From: an uncultured Collinsella sp.
GTDB lineage: Bacteria; Actinomycetota; Coriobacteriia; Coriobacteriales; Coriobacteriaceae
Length of the DNA: 64,000 nucleotides
Reading direction: 5' to 3'
Assembly: GCA_902494535.1 (NCBI GenBank)
Contig: CABUTO010000006.1
Location: 4,237 to 68,236 of the forward strand
How positions within the stretch are numbered: the first letter of the stretch is position 1; each line of letters starts with the position of its first letter. The notes beneath the pieces were generated by a model. The model was not told the origin of the DNA. It saw only the letters and a program-made list of their open reading frames with translations, and did not search any database. This document shows, in pieces, positions 1-12,795 of this stretch. Made by a program: the position numbers and the translations under genes.

Positions 1-1563
1 CGACTTGGCCTCGAGCTTGGTAATGGTTCGCGGCGCCTCGGAGACGTTGACGTACACGATGGCATTGACGTTGTCGACATCCTTGAGCTTGCCGACGAGT
101 TTATACGTACCCTTCCTGGCGAGCGGCTTGGAGAGGTCGATGCCGTCGGTGTCGGTCCACTTTTCGATCTCGATGCCGCCTAAACTGCCCCGAGTATCCC
201 GCGCTGAGCCATCCGAGAAATATACGGACACGGCATCTGGCAGCTCCAGCATCGATCCGACCGTGGTGTTGACCACGACTGCCTCGGGCTGCAACGCAAC
301 CTTCTTCGCCTTCTTGTCGGCAACCGTCACCTTGGCGGTCACGTTGCCGTTCTCATCCACGCCGACCTTTTGGCCGTCATCGTCAAGCAGCGCCATAACA
401 GCAACGGCATCAAAGCCGACCACATGGCCCGTCGCATAGAACGTGCCAGGCCGCTCGTACTTCTCGGGCGCGATCGGATCCCAATCAATAGCCGCCGTCG
501 AAACGGAGCCGTCGCTCATCTCGACCGCCATCTTGGACGGCATAGCAGGCGCAGTGCCCGCCTTGGTGGTCACCGCGGTCTCACCATTATCGATTGCCTT
601 CTCAACGCCTTGGATAACGATCTTGGTCTGAACAGTGAGGCCGGTGTTGGTGCCGTCGGCGTATCCGTTAAGGCCGCTTGCAAACAGCGTGCCAGACACT
701 GTCGTGACCTGACCCGGTTCTCCGGTATAAACCGAGGGACGAACGTAATCCCATTGAACCTGGGCATTATGAGTTTTGCCGTCACTCGTGACAACTGAGA
801 CATTCCACGGTAGCTCGGGGACGACGCCATTGGCCGTGGTAATGCGCTCAGGAACGGCAATAGAGGTGACAGAGCAGACGTCCACAGTGATCGTCGCCTC
901 GGCACCACCTTGGAGCTTGCCCTTCACCTTGAACGAACCGTCCTTGTCATAAGCATCGGCGGCGACACGATCCCATGTGACCTTTTCGCGCTGGGGCTCA
1001 GAGGATACATTGTTGTCGTATCGAACCTCAAGGTATTCCGGCAGCATCGGTTTGGTGCCGGGAACGGTCCATATGGTTCCGCCCTGAACCGAGGTCGCCT
1101 TACTCGCGATCTTAACGGTGGCAGTAATCGGAACGTCAACCGTCTGCATGCCGTACCCTGCATTAAAGCTAATTGTTGCAGTGCCGCGAACAACGCCACC
1201 CTGAGTCCAATCAAAACCCTTCGTGTTCCACTTGACCTCGGCGTATTTGTGCGAATAGTCCGGATGTTCTGCCGCATCAGGACTGACAAGATCAACATAG
1301 CTGGGAAGCATAGCGGTACCGTCGCTGCCCTTGAGCACCGTAAGGGTTTGCGGCTGAGCCTCCCAGTTTTTAGTCACGATGGCGTGGACCTTCACGGGGA
1401 TATTCGTTCCGGCGACCGTTCCGGTAATCGTGCAGTCCTTCTGGGGGTACCTATCGTAGGTGTCCCAGTTGACGCCGAGGCGGTCAAAAGTCGTTCCGTC
1501 CTGCAATGCGCCGGACACGTAGAAGTAGTCCAGATTGACTTCCTCACCGGGATAGATAACGCG
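1..1563 (-). CDS. Continuation of Ig-like (Big_4-type) repeat surface protein. Partial, runs off the window edge, no start of its own
   Basis: I translated the minus frame by hand from 1563 down to 721, plus 1..192. It is open and repeat-like (e.g. RVIYPGEEVNLDYFYVSGALQDGTTFDRLGVNWDTYDRYPQKDCTITGTVAG). Same frame as 1564..3885. Absent from the ORF track, consistent with no stop inside the window. Confidence 0.7.
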
Positions 1564-3885
1564 TCAGTCCTCGTACGACTGTCCAAGCGTCACACCGTTA
1601 TCGCTGTAGTTGTTGACACCCTTGACCTCACCGCACACCGCAGTCGCATGGATCTTTGCCAGCGAGTCGGCGATCGTACCGGTAATTTCGTACTCGCCCG
1701 GTTGGCCGTCCAGCAGCTCTTGAGGCAACTCATCCCAGCTATAAGGCTGTCCCGAGGAATACCTGGGGTAGTAGGAGCTGCCGTCAGACAAATACAGATC
1801 GGACAGATAGCGCGGAGCCAGAAGTCCGGCGCCGGGAATATAAGGAATCTTGCCGATGTTGTTATCTTCGAGATCACAAATATTGACCGTCGCCGTAACC
1901 GGGATGCTGGAACCGGTAAAGTATCCGTTGACCGTAATCTGGCCAAGGTTCTTTAGGACGTCCTGACTAATCGTCGACCACTGAACGGGGAAACTGCCTC
2001 GCGAACCATTCCACATCGTGGCCTCGATTGAATCGGGCATATTGGGCTGGCATCCGATAAGCGTGCTTGTCGATGTCGAAGAAGGCATCTGCAGGGCGCG
2101 GACGGAAATGGTCGCCGTGACTCGATTGCTGTCACCCAGCTCCACCTGACTAGTCGACGAAGATGAGGTATTGGTCCAATATGTCAGCGAGCCGGAAAGC
2201 TTAAATGACCCCTCGTTTGCCACCTGTGTGTCCAAAATGGGATCCCACGCAATGTTGCACTGCTTCTTTGTACCGTCGGTAAATGTAACTAAAACGCCGC
2301 CGGGAAGGCCGCCGCCCGTTGTAGGGCGTACGCCGACAGGGGTGTTGACAGGGGCAAGAGAGTCGATAGAGGCAACTTCCCTGACCTCGACCTGAGCAGT
2401 CACCTTAAGGCCGTTAACAGGTGACGCATCATACGACGTGAGTGTGCCCTTGACCGTATAGGTGCCGGCCTTTTGAAATTGAGACACATCGGCGTTGTCC
2501 CAGGTAACTTGATAGCCGTGGGTGTATGTGGTGTTATTTGACTGAGTAACGGGAAAATAGACATACGTGCTAAGAGGAGTGTTGTCTCCGACCACGCGCT
2601 CAAACCTTAGTGAATCAAAATCGAGCACGTCCTTGGGGTCCTTAACAGTGACAGTACAGGTAACCTCACGGTTATCAAAACCATTGAGTTTGCCTTTGAC
2701 CGTAAACGTTCCCACTTTAGAGTAAAGCGACGCGTCAACAGGATCCCAAGATACCGGGACATGCTCGGTAGCACCGTTATCAAAGACAACCGAAGCAGAA
2801 TACGGCAGAGACGGGACCTCACCGGTTAGGGTCGTACACGTCAACTCGGTCTGGACGCTCTTGACCGCACGAACATACACGGTGCAGTACACGAGCATGG
2901 AGGGGCAGTCCTTTATATGGCCCTCAACAATAAACGTGCCCGCATTCTGGTACTGGTCCTCGGAAATTTCATTCCACACAACCGGGCACGACCGGGACTC
3001 ACCATTGGAGTAGTAAACGGACACGCTCGAAGTCAGCGTGGGCGCAAAACCCGCTGCGGTCCATGTGGACCACTGAGTGCCACCCGTGGTGCGGGGAGCG
3101 TAGACTTTGAGAACACCGGCCACATCGAACGGCTCAGCGAGCGAGAACCATTGACCGTTAGCGTACCCACCGCGAATCTGGCCTGTGATGGCGATTTCGG
3201 ACTCTTCGGTTGCTGAGGCAAACGTCTCTATCGACTTTTCATCCCACTGCACAAAAGCAGAGCCCTCGGTGCCATCAGACCATTTTACCTTCACTTCAGG
3301 GGATGGTACATAGTCGCCGTTATCGAAGCCGACATACTTTTCAATGATGGGATTAGATTCGACCGAAACGACTTTATGGCCGTTTTCGCTGGTCGGCGCA
3401 ACGACGTTGGCTGCATCAACTGCCGCCGGGTCCGCCGTAACAGCTTCGATAACCACGTGCTGCTTGACTGTCTGCGTGGCGCCGTCGACGGTGCCTTCGA
3501 ACTCATACGAGCCGGCAGGCAGCTGTGCCAGAGTTGCCGGAGCGTCAGCGCCGTTCAACTTCCAGGTGACGTTTTCCTGCTTAGTGGTGCCGCTCTCGTA
3601 GGTCACCGCCACGGTTTGAGGAAGCGTGGCGTCGGAGCCCTCGGCAACATGCAGGTCGGTCAGGTCCGCAAGCGAGGTGATCTTATCGACCGCCTGATCT
3701 TCCGAGGTTGGCTGGGTGGTGTCCGCAGGCGCGGCAGACGCACCCGTCACATCGCTTTGCTCGGCAACGACTTGGGTGGTATCACCCTGCATCATCTCGG
3801 CGAATGCCTGCGGCGGCACCGAGCCGACCGTCATCGTCAGAGCCAAACCCGCGGTAATGGCCGCGTTGACATGCCTTCTGTTCAT
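1564..3885 (-). CDS. Secreted Ig-like (Big_4-type) repeat surface/adhesin protein, N-terminal part ending at an in-frame TGA
   Basis: ORF 1564..4086 trimmed to the ATG at 3885 (MNRRHVNAAITAGLALTMTVGSVPPQAFA signal peptide), with a GGAGG RBS just upstream. Repeated V.V.YSDG....V.WD....GTYTV.G modules. Confidence 0.8.
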   Translation of the reverse strand: MNRRHVNAAITAGLALTMTVGSVPPQAFAEMMQGDTTQVVAEQSDVTGASAAPADTTQPTSEDQAVDKITSLADLTDLHVAEGSDATLPQTVAVTYESGTTKQENVTWKLNGADAPATLAQLPAGSYEFEGTVDGATQTVKQHVVIEAVTADPAAVDAANVVAPTSENGHKVVSVESNPIIEKYVGFDNGDYVPSPEVKVKWSDGTEGSAFVQWDEKSIETFASATEESEIAITGQIRGGYANGQWFSLAEPFDVAGVLKVYAPRTTGGTQWSTWTAAGFAPTLTSSVSVYYSNGESRSCPVVWNEISEDQYQNAGTFIVEGHIKDCPSMLVYCTVYVRAVKSVQTELTCTTLTGEVPSLPYSASVVFDNGATEHVPVSWDPVDASLYSKVGTFTVKGKLNGFDNREVTCTVTVKDPKDVLDFDSLRFERVVGDNTPLSTYVYFPVTQSNNTTYTHGYQVTWDNADVSQFQKAGTYTVKGTLTSYDASPVNGLKVTAQVEVREVASIDSLAPVNTPVGVRPTTGGGLPGGVLVTFTDGTKKQCNIAWDPILDTQVANEGSFKLSGSLTYWTNTSSSSTSQVELGDSNRVTATISVRALQMPSSTSTSTLIGCQPNMPDSIEATMWNGSRGSFPVQWSTISQDVLKNLGQITVNGYFTGSSIPVTATVNICDLEDNNIGKIPYIPGAGLLAPRYLSDLYLSDGSSYYPRYSSGQPYSWDELPQELLDGQPGEYEITGTIADSLAKIHATAVCGEVKGVNNYSDNGVTLGQSYED

Positions 3886-4038
3886 GTTTCCTCCCGACAC
3901 GCTCAACGGACCAAACAGCACAGGTCCGATTGGCAAGTTAAGTTGAGCGTATTCTTCGCCGATGGAGGTTTGCAATATGCTATAGGTTAAGCGGCATAAA
4001 AGATTTCGTAAACGGGAGAAATCAGATGACGTATTTAA

Positions 4039-4065
4039 GTGACGAAGGGGCAGTCCCTTTGTCAC
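4039..4065. repeat. 27-nt hairpin GTGACGAAGGGGCAGTCCCTTTGTCAC in the adhesin 5' region, near-copy of the xpt terminator stem
   Basis: 25/27 identical (read on the opposite strand) to the palindrome at 59603..59631. Not followed by a clear T-run. Confidence 0.4.
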
Positions 4066-4092
4066 TTCCCACCAACACCGCGCCACAAAAAC

Positions 4093-4230
4093 GGCCTATC
4101 TACTACGTTTAACCCACATGGGTCGACCATAACCGGGTTTTCGTAAAACTGGCAAGCCTTCTACCTGCGGTTTTAATTTTGCATTTTTCGGCGTGGTCGA
4201 GGGTAACCGGTCAAACGTAGTAGATAGGCC
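4093..4230. repeat. Perfect 18-bp inverted repeats bracketing a 102-bp segment upstream of the adhesin gene
   Basis: GGCCTATCTACTACGTTT at 4093..4110 is the exact reverse complement of AAACGTAGTAGATAGGCC at 4213..4230. Confidence 0.75.
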
Positions 4231-4303
4231 CATTTCGTGGCAAGCGAGTCAACTCGGGGCACAGGGCAGCGAAAAAAGCCCCGTCCCAAATTGGCTGCTT
4301 TTG

Positions 4304-4370
4304 AGTTGCGGTGATATGCGGACTGGTTGAAGCTTCTGGCTTGTAAAACAGTCCGTATTTCACCGCAACT
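4304..4370 (-). repeat. Palindromic intergenic repeat, family 1 (AGTTGCGGTGAWATA.GGACTG arms), copy 1
   Basis: 22-nt arms at 4304..4325 and 4349..4370 with 2 mismatches and a 23-nt loop. A C-rich extension (CCCATCCCCTC on the minus strand) starts right after the folC stop. Confidence 0.8.
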
Positions 4371-4384
4371 GATGAGGGGATGGG

Positions 4385-5728
4385 CTAGCGCAACAGGCCT
4401 GCTACTTCGCCGGCTAGGGTGATGGTGCCGGCGGCTACGAAAGGCTCGTCTGCGGCATCGAAAGCCGCGAGGGCCTCGGACACGCTGGGGTACACGCCCG
4501 CCAGCTTGTCAGCGTCCACCAAGGCAGCGAGCTCCTCTGCCGGCAGGGCGCGATCGGAATCGGTCTGCGTCACGACCACACGGGGGAAGGCCGGAACAAG
4601 CACGTCGACGATGCCCGCCACGTCCTTGTCAGCCAACGCCGCGCACAGCAGCGTGGGGCGATTCTCTACGCACGGATCAATCTCGTCCAGCGCGCTCACA
4701 AAGTTCTCGCAGCTCTGGGGGTTATGGCAGGCATCGATCAGCTTAAGCGGATTGGTCCCCAGCACATCAAAACGACCCGGCGTGGGGCAGCCCATAAGCG
4801 ACGCATCGAGCTTGTCATGATCGAGCTCGTGACCCAGATACCCCTCGCAAAGCATAATCGCGCACGCAGCATTCTGCGGCTGATACGCTGGCTTAACCAT
4901 GCTCGACGTATAGATCGCACGCGGCGTGGTGCAGCTAAACTCAACCGTATCGCCCACGTGCTCCGGCACCTTGGTCGTGGCATGGTTCACCACCAGCGGC
5001 ACAATGCCGCACGCGCGGCAACGGGAATCCATCACGCACTGAACGCTCGACTCGTGCGTACCCTCACCCAGCACAACCAGACGTCCGGGTTTGATGACCG
5101 CGGCCTTCTCCCCCGCAATTGCCTCAAGCGTGTCGCCCAAAATGCGTGTATGGTCGAATCCAATGCCCGCAATGGCGACGGCCAAGGGATCGGTCGCACT
5201 CGTAGCATCCCAACGCCCGCCCATGCCGACCTCAAGCACGGCAACATCCACCGCGGCCTCGGCAAACACTACAAGTGCGGCAGCCGTCAGCAGGTCAAAC
5301 GGCGTGATGGAATAGGCACGCTCCCCCGCCGCCAAGCGATGAGCATTCACACGACGCCCCGCCTCAACGGCAGCAGAAACGCCACGGGCAAACGCCTCGT
5401 CACTCACAACGCACCCATCAACCTCCATGCGCTCGGGATAACGCACCAGCTGCGGAGACGTATACAGCGCCGTCTTGAGCCCCTCGCCACGCAAGATAGC
5501 AGCCGAGAAACGCGTCGTAGAAGTCTTACCATTCGTACCGGCAACCTGAATGCAATCGAAATACTCATCGGGACGCCCCAACTCATCGAGCATATCGACA
5601 ACCGTCTCGAGCAGAGGCCCAGCATCCCCAGAAATCCGCCCCGTATCAGCAGCCAAAGCAACAGCCTCACCAAACGAAAGCAACTCAAACGAGAAAGGAA
5701 CGACATACGACCCAGAACGCTTAGCCAT
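4385..5728 (-). CDS. folC: Dihydrofolate synthase / folylpolyglutamate synthase
   Basis: Mur-ligase P-loop VAGTNGKTST and a full-length FolC-like sequence. Start trimmed to the ATG at 5728 (MAKRSGSY). Sits downstream of valS, as in many bacteria. Confidence 0.85.
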   Translation of the reverse strand: MAKRSGSYVVPFSFELLSFGEAVALAADTGRISGDAGPLLETVVDMLDELGRPDEYFDCIQVAGTNGKTSTTRFSAAILRGEGLKTALYTSPQLVRYPERMEVDGCVVSDEAFARGVSAAVEAGRRVNAHRLAAGERAYSITPFDLLTAAALVVFAEAAVDVAVLEVGMGGRWDATSATDPLAVAIAGIGFDHTRILGDTLEAIAGEKAAVIKPGRLVVLGEGTHESSVQCVMDSRCRACGIVPLVVNHATTKVPEHVGDTVEFSCTTPRAIYTSSMVKPAYQPQNAACAIMLCEGYLGHELDHDKLDASLMGCPTPGRFDVLGTNPLKLIDACHNPQSCENFVSALDEIDPCVENRPTLLCAALADKDVAGIVDVLVPAFPRVVVTQTDSDRALPAEELAALVDADKLAGVYPSVSEALAAFDAADEPFVAAGTITLAGEVAGLLR

Positions 5729-5884
5729 AACCCAAAGTCCCCTCAACATAAAAAGAGGCCCGTAAGCAACAACGAGCCCCTCCCATTCAAAATATTAGCC
5801 AAACACCGCTTTGCAGCAGAGTCAAGGCCGCAACCAAGTGGCCCTAACTAACAAGTTGCAAACAACCACGTAACCGCTATGGGA

Positions 5885-5992
5885 GCGGTTTGGGGCTTTG
5901 CTCGATACAAGTTCCGCACGAGCCGAAGGCCACTTAATGTGGCCTTCGTGCGAGCAGGACTGTCCGCAGTAGCGAGCAATGCCCCAAACCGC
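5885..5992. repeat. Nested palindrome, family 2, copy A (about 50-nt conserved core at 5911..5960)
   Basis: Outer arms GCGGTTTGGGGC / GCCCCAAACCGC. Core: GTTCCGCACGAGCCGAAGGCCAC-TTAAT-GTGGCCTTCGTGCGAGCAGGAC. Confidence 0.75.
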
Positions 5993-6007
5993 GTCCCCCA
6001 GTACCGC

Positions 6008-8704
<2,697 letters not shown>

Positions 8705-8724
8705 ATATCTCTCCCTGTCCCGCC

Positions 8725-8837
8725 GGCGTGTCCGCCTGCTTGGTTTTCGCTCGGTCAGGTCCTGGCTCGCACGAAGAGCACATTTAGTGCTCTTCGGCTC
8801 GTGCGGAATCTACGAAAACCAAGCAGGCGGACACGCC
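8725..8837. repeat. Nested palindrome, family 2, copy B, in the valS leader (core 8759..8809)
   Basis: Perfect 25-bp outer arms at 8725..8749 and 8813..8837. The core is the reverse-complement equivalent of copy A, with paired substitutions in the apical stem. Confidence 0.8.
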
Positions 8838-8924
8838 TTAGGTATCGATTACTTCAGTCTGAATGGACTTTGCTGAGACTTTAAACAAACACACAGAATA
8901 ACACAGGTAGTTGGGGTTATTGCG

Positions 8925-8966
8925 TATATATAAAATAGCCTCCGACCGCGGATGGTCGGAGGCTAT
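8925..8966 (-). terminator. Rho-independent terminator after clpX
   Basis: 13-bp stem ATAGCCTCCGACC / GGTCGGAGGCTAT, followed on the minus strand by TTTTATATATA. Confidence 0.8.
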
Positions 8967-8989
8967 TTGCAAGCACATTTTTGGCTGGT

Positions 8990-10396
8990 TTACCCATAGA
9001 TGCGCTGGGGCTGTTCTTCGCCCTTTACGGAGGCTTCGGTCACGATGACCTTGGAAACGCCCTCCTCGCTGGGCAGGTCGAACATCGTCTGCTGCAGCAC
9101 GTCCTCGCAGATGGAGCGAAGGCCGCGGGCGCCGGTCTTGCGGGCGAGCGCCATGCGGGCGATCTCGTGCAGGGCCGCGTCCTCAAACTCAAGCTCTACG
9201 TCCTCGAGCTGGAACATCTTGCGGTACTGGCGCACCACGGCGTTCTTGGGCTCGGTCAGGATCGACACCAAGTCGTCCTCGTCGAGCGCCTGCGTCTGGG
9301 TAACGACGGGCGTACGTCCCACAAACTCGGGAATCATGCCAAAGGCGTTGAGGTCCTGAGGGAGCACCTGACGCAGCAGGTCGTTCTCGTCGACCGAAGT
9401 GGGGCCGGCGATCTCGGAGTTAAAGCCCACGCCCTTGTTGCCCACGCGATCGGCGATGATCTTGTCCAGACCCACAAAGGCACCGCCGCAGATAAACAGG
9501 ATGTTGGTCGTATCGATCTGCAGCAGCTCCTGCTGGGGATGCTTGCGGCCGCCGGTGGGCGGAACGCTGGCCACCGTGCCCTCAAGAATCTTAAGCAGCG
9601 CCTGCTGAACGCCCTCGCCCGAAACGTCGCGGGTGATGGAGAGGTTCTCGGCCTTGCGGGCGATCTTGTCGATCTCGTCCACGTAGATAATGCCAACCTG
9701 AGCGCGCTCAATGTCGCCATCGGCAGCATTGATAAGCTTGAGCAGGATGTTCTCCACGTCCTCGCCAACGTAACCGGCCTCGGTGAGCGCAGTGGCGTCG
9801 GCGATGGCAAACGGCACCTCGAGGATGCGGGCGAGCGTCTGGGCGAGCAGGGTCTTACCGGTACCGGTGGGACCGAGCAGCAAAATGTTGGACTTGGCGA
9901 GCTCCACCTCATCCATATCATCGTCGAGCTGCGAGTCCAGGCCGTCGTCAAAGGCAGACACCGCAGCGCCGCCCTCAATCACGCGGCGATAGTGGTTGTA
10001 CACGGCCACCGACATGGCACGCTTGGCGTCCTCCTGACCCATAACATAGGCCGAAAGCTCGTCATAGATCTCGTGCGGCGTCGGCACGTGCGTGATGACC
10101 TGACGCTCGTCCTCAAGCTCAAAACCCTCGGTCTCGGGATCCACGGCGGGCTGGGATGCAGCCTGACCGTGGTCGTTGAGGAAGCCCGGCAGCTTGCCGT
10201 TGCGGGCAGCGTCCATAAAGTCCGAAGCCAGCGACTCCTCCAGAATCTCGGAACAGGCGGCGACGCACTCGTCACAGATAAAGATGTTGGTCGGGCCCTT
10301 TACGAGGCGACGAACCTGGCCCTGCTCTTTTCCGCAAAAGGAGCAGCGGATGGGGTTGCCGTTCTCGTCAAAGTTGTCCTGCATGTTTCCTGCCAT
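8990..10396 (-). CDS. clpX: ATP-dependent Clp protease ATP-binding subunit ClpX
   Basis: N-terminal zinc finger CSFCGK...CDEC, Walker A GPTGTGKT, and the typical ClpX length. Confidence 0.97.
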   Translation of the reverse strand: MAGNMQDNFDENGNPIRCSFCGKEQGQVRRLVKGPTNIFICDECVAACSEILEESLASDFMDAARNGKLPGFLNDHGQAASQPAVDPETEGFELEDERQVITHVPTPHEIYDELSAYVMGQEDAKRAMSVAVYNHYRRVIEGGAAVSAFDDGLDSQLDDDMDEVELAKSNILLLGPTGTGKTLLAQTLARILEVPFAIADATALTEAGYVGEDVENILLKLINAADGDIERAQVGIIYVDEIDKIARKAENLSITRDVSGEGVQQALLKILEGTVASVPPTGGRKHPQQELLQIDTTNILFICGGAFVGLDKIIADRVGNKGVGFNSEIAGPTSVDENDLLRQVLPQDLNAFGMIPEFVGRTPVVTQTQALDEDDLVSILTEPKNAVVRQYRKMFQLEDVELEFEDAALHEIARMALARKTGARGLRSICEDVLQQTMFDLPSEEGVSKVIVTEASVKGEEQPQRIYG

Positions 10397-10397
10397 C

Positions 10398-11030
10398 CTA
10401 GGCGTCCTTCGCGGCGAGGTCGCGCGAGGTAACGATACGGTCGATCAGGCCGTAGTCGAGGGCCTCGGCAGCGGTCAGGTAGTTGTCGCGCTCGGTATCG
10501 GCCTGGACCTTCTCGATGGGCTGGCCAGAGGCATCGGACAGGATCTGGTTGAGCTCACGACGGGTCTTCTTAATCTCCTCGGCAACGATCTCGATCTCGG
10601 TCTGCTGACCCTGGGCACCGCCGCTGGGCTGGTGAATCATGACCTTGGAGTGCGGTAGACAGAAGCGCTTGCCCTTGGCGCCGGCCGAAAGCAGCACGGC
10701 GGCCATGGACGCGGCCATACCCACGCAAATGGTGGAGACCTGCGGCTTGATAAAGTTCATAGTGTCCAGAATCGCCAGGCCGGAGTAGACCTCGCCGCCG
10801 GGCGAATTGATGTAGAGCGAGATATCCTTCTCGGCATCCTGGCTCTCAAGATGCAGCAGCTGGGCAACGACCAGGTTGGCGCTGACGGAGTTGATCTCCT
10901 CGCCTAAGAAGATGATGCGGTCGTTGAGCAGGCGCGAATAGATATCGTAGCTGCGCTCGCCGCGCGGCGTCTGCTCGATAACGTATGGCACGAGGGCGGA
11001 ATCGAACTTTGCGATCATACGCATCTCCAT
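10398..11030 (-). CDS. clpP: ATP-dependent Clp protease proteolytic subunit
   Basis: ClpP family sequence with active-site region GMAASMAA. Start ambiguous between the TTG at 11048 and ATGs at 11030/11024/11018. Confidence 0.93.
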   Translation of the reverse strand: MEMRMIAKFDSALVPYVIEQTPRGERSYDIYSRLLNDRIIFLGEEINSVSANLVVAQLLHLESQDAEKDISLYINSPGGEVYSGLAILDTMNFIKPQVSTICVGMAASMAAVLLSAGAKGKRFCLPHSKVMIHQPSGGAQGQQTEIEIVAEEIKKTRRELNQILSDASGQPIEKVQADTERDNYLTAAEALDYGLIDRIVTSRDLAAKDA

Positions 11031-11060
11031 TTCTCTCTTGCGGACCAAATTGGTTCTAGA

Positions 11061-11105
11061 TAAACGTACGGTGCCCGCATGCTATGCATTGGCTGGCACC
11101 GTACG
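11061..11105 (-). terminator. Hairpin/terminator between tig and clpP
   Basis: Perfect 11-bp stem CGTACGGTGCC / GGCACCGTACG, followed on the minus strand by TTTATCT. Confidence 0.5.
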
Positions 11106-11181
11106 AAGCAACCGGATAACCGGTGTATAACTTTACCCCATCACGGGCGCACGCATGCGCTCGCGGGCAAGGTGGCGAGAA

Positions 11182-12480
11182 TTACTCGGCGTCCTTGGCG
11201 GTCTCGTCGACCTCGGTCACCTTGGCGTTCTCGACCAGGTGGTCGACGGCCTTGGAACGACGGATGGACTCACGGACGGCAGGCATGCGGCCATCGGCGA
11301 TGAACTCGGCCTTGGAAGCCTCGACGTCCTTGACGCCGGCCTTCTCGAACTCAGCGTTGATGTCATCCTCGGTGACCTCGATCTTGAGCTCGCGGGCGAG
11401 GGCGTCCAGAGCCAGGGACTCACGGGCAACGTCGTTGGCCTGCTTGTGCAGGTCGCCGATGAACTGCTCCATGGTCAGGCCGGAAGCGGGCAGCCAGGTG
11501 TCCAGGGTCATGCCGCGGGCAGCGAGGTTGGACAGGAAGTTCTGGCCAAGCTCCTCAAAGACGGACTGCTCGTAGTCGGCGTCCATCTCGTCGAGCTGCA
11601 GGCGCTCGGCGAGAGCGGAGACGCAACGGTTCTCCTTCTCGGCCGGGAGGCGGGAAGCCTTGTCCTGCTCGATCTCGATCTTGATGGCATCGCGCATAGC
11701 GTCGATGCTGTCAAAGCCAAAGTCGGACTTGACGAGCTCGTCGGTGAGCTCGGGGGTGTTGCGGACCTTGATGCCCTTGACGGTGACCTCGACGGTGTGG
11801 GTCTCGGCCTCCTCGCCCTCCTCGACCTCGTCGGTCCAGGTGACGGTCTTGACGTCGTCAACGTTGGCGCCGATCAGGGCCTCGTTGAACTCCTTGGGGT
11901 TGCTGTCGCTACCGGCGATGAGCATGCGGCCCTCGGCGGCGAAGTTGTCAGCGTTCTCAACGGCCTTGAGATCGACGGTGACGTAGTCCTCGGCCTCGAC
12001 GGCGCGACCCTCGACGTCCTCGAAGGTGGCACGGTAGTTGAGGAGCATCTCGACCTGGTTGTTGATCTCGGACTCGGTGACCTCCGCGGGAGGCATCTCG
12101 ATCTCGACGGCGTCGAAGGAGGAGAGCTCAGCAGCAGGACGCAGGGAGAACTCGACGGTGTAGGTGTAGTCCTCGTGATCCTTGGCGAGGTCGAGCTCCT
12201 TGTAGTCACCGTTCTTGGTGGGGACGATGTCCAGCTCGTTGAGGACGGCGGGCTCGTTGGCGGCGATCAGGTCGTTGGTGGCCTGAGCGAGGGTAGCCTC
12301 GGCGCCAAGAGCGGAGTCGATGACCGGACGGGGGGCCTTGCCGGCACGGAAGCCCGGGAAGCGGTACTTCTTGGCGGTGTCCTTGTAGGCCTTCTTGATC
12401 GCGGCGTCGACGTCGGCGGCCGGGATGGTGACCGTAGCGGTGAGCTTGGCGTCCTTGACGTCAGAAGCGGTGATGTTCAA
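11182..12480 (-). CDS. tig: Trigger factor
   Basis: Full-length trigger-factor-like sequence (ribosome-binding GFRAGKAP, acidic C-terminus). Start uncertain: an AGGAGG at 12487..12492 favours the TTG at 12480 or the GTG at 12483 over the upstream ATGs. Confidence 0.9.
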   Translation of the reverse strand: MNITASDVKDAKLTATVTIPAADVDAAIKKAYKDTAKKYRFPGFRAGKAPRPVIDSALGAEATLAQATNDLIAANEPAVLNELDIVPTKNGDYKELDLAKDHEDYTYTVEFSLRPAAELSSFDAVEIEMPPAEVTESEINNQVEMLLNYRATFEDVEGRAVEAEDYVTVDLKAVENADNFAAEGRMLIAGSDSNPKEFNEALIGANVDDVKTVTWTDEVEEGEEAETHTVEVTVKGIKVRNTPELTDELVKSDFGFDSIDAMRDAIKIEIEQDKASRLPAEKENRCVSALAERLQLDEMDADYEQSVFEELGQNFLSNLAARGMTLDTWLPASGLTMEQFIGDLHKQANDVARESLALDALARELKIEVTEDDINAEFEKAGVKDVEASKAEFIADGRMPAVRESIRRSKAVDHLVENAKVTEVDETAKDAE

Positions 12481-12571
12481 CACGTTCCTCCTCATACTGC
12501 CCAGCTTATCTGAGGTGCTGGTACCTTTATGCAACAAAGAGTCGCGACGGCCGAAGCCGACGCAGATGCGT

Positions 12572-12655
12572 TGGTGCGGGCGAAAGGACTCGAACCTTCA
12601 CGGGAATCCCACCAGAACCTAAATCTGGCGCGTCTACCAATTCCGCCACGCCCGC
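12572..12655 (-). tRNA. tRNA-Leu (anticodon UAG)
   Basis: Hand-folded cloverleaf GCGGGCG...CCAGA-TTTAGGT-TCTGG... with a long variable arm, T-loop GGTTCGAGTCC and a CCA end. Confidence 0.85.
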
Positions 12656-12740
12656 ATGAGCGCACAGACTAGGAATGATAGCAGATACGAACGGCAAGCG
12701 CACGCACACCTTTTACAAGCTCACGACCTCACCACGAGTG

Positions 12741-12766
12741 CAAAAGGCGGGACGAGTTGCCCCGCC
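12741..12766 (-). terminator. Rho-independent terminator after the molybdenum hydroxylase operon
   Basis: On the minus strand: GGCGGGGC-AACT-CGTCCCGCC followed by TTTTGC. Confidence 0.7.
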
Positions 12767-12795
12767 CCGCCAATTACGACTTGTTCGCTGACCTG

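Noticed and set aside
1564-1566. The TGA in the adhesin gene read as selenocysteine
   Set aside because: Only a weak 4-5-bp hairpin (GAAGT...ACTTC) lies downstream, and there is no redox-type Cys/Sec context. Nonsense mutation, sequencing error or read-through are more likely. It is kept as a finding but not called Sec.
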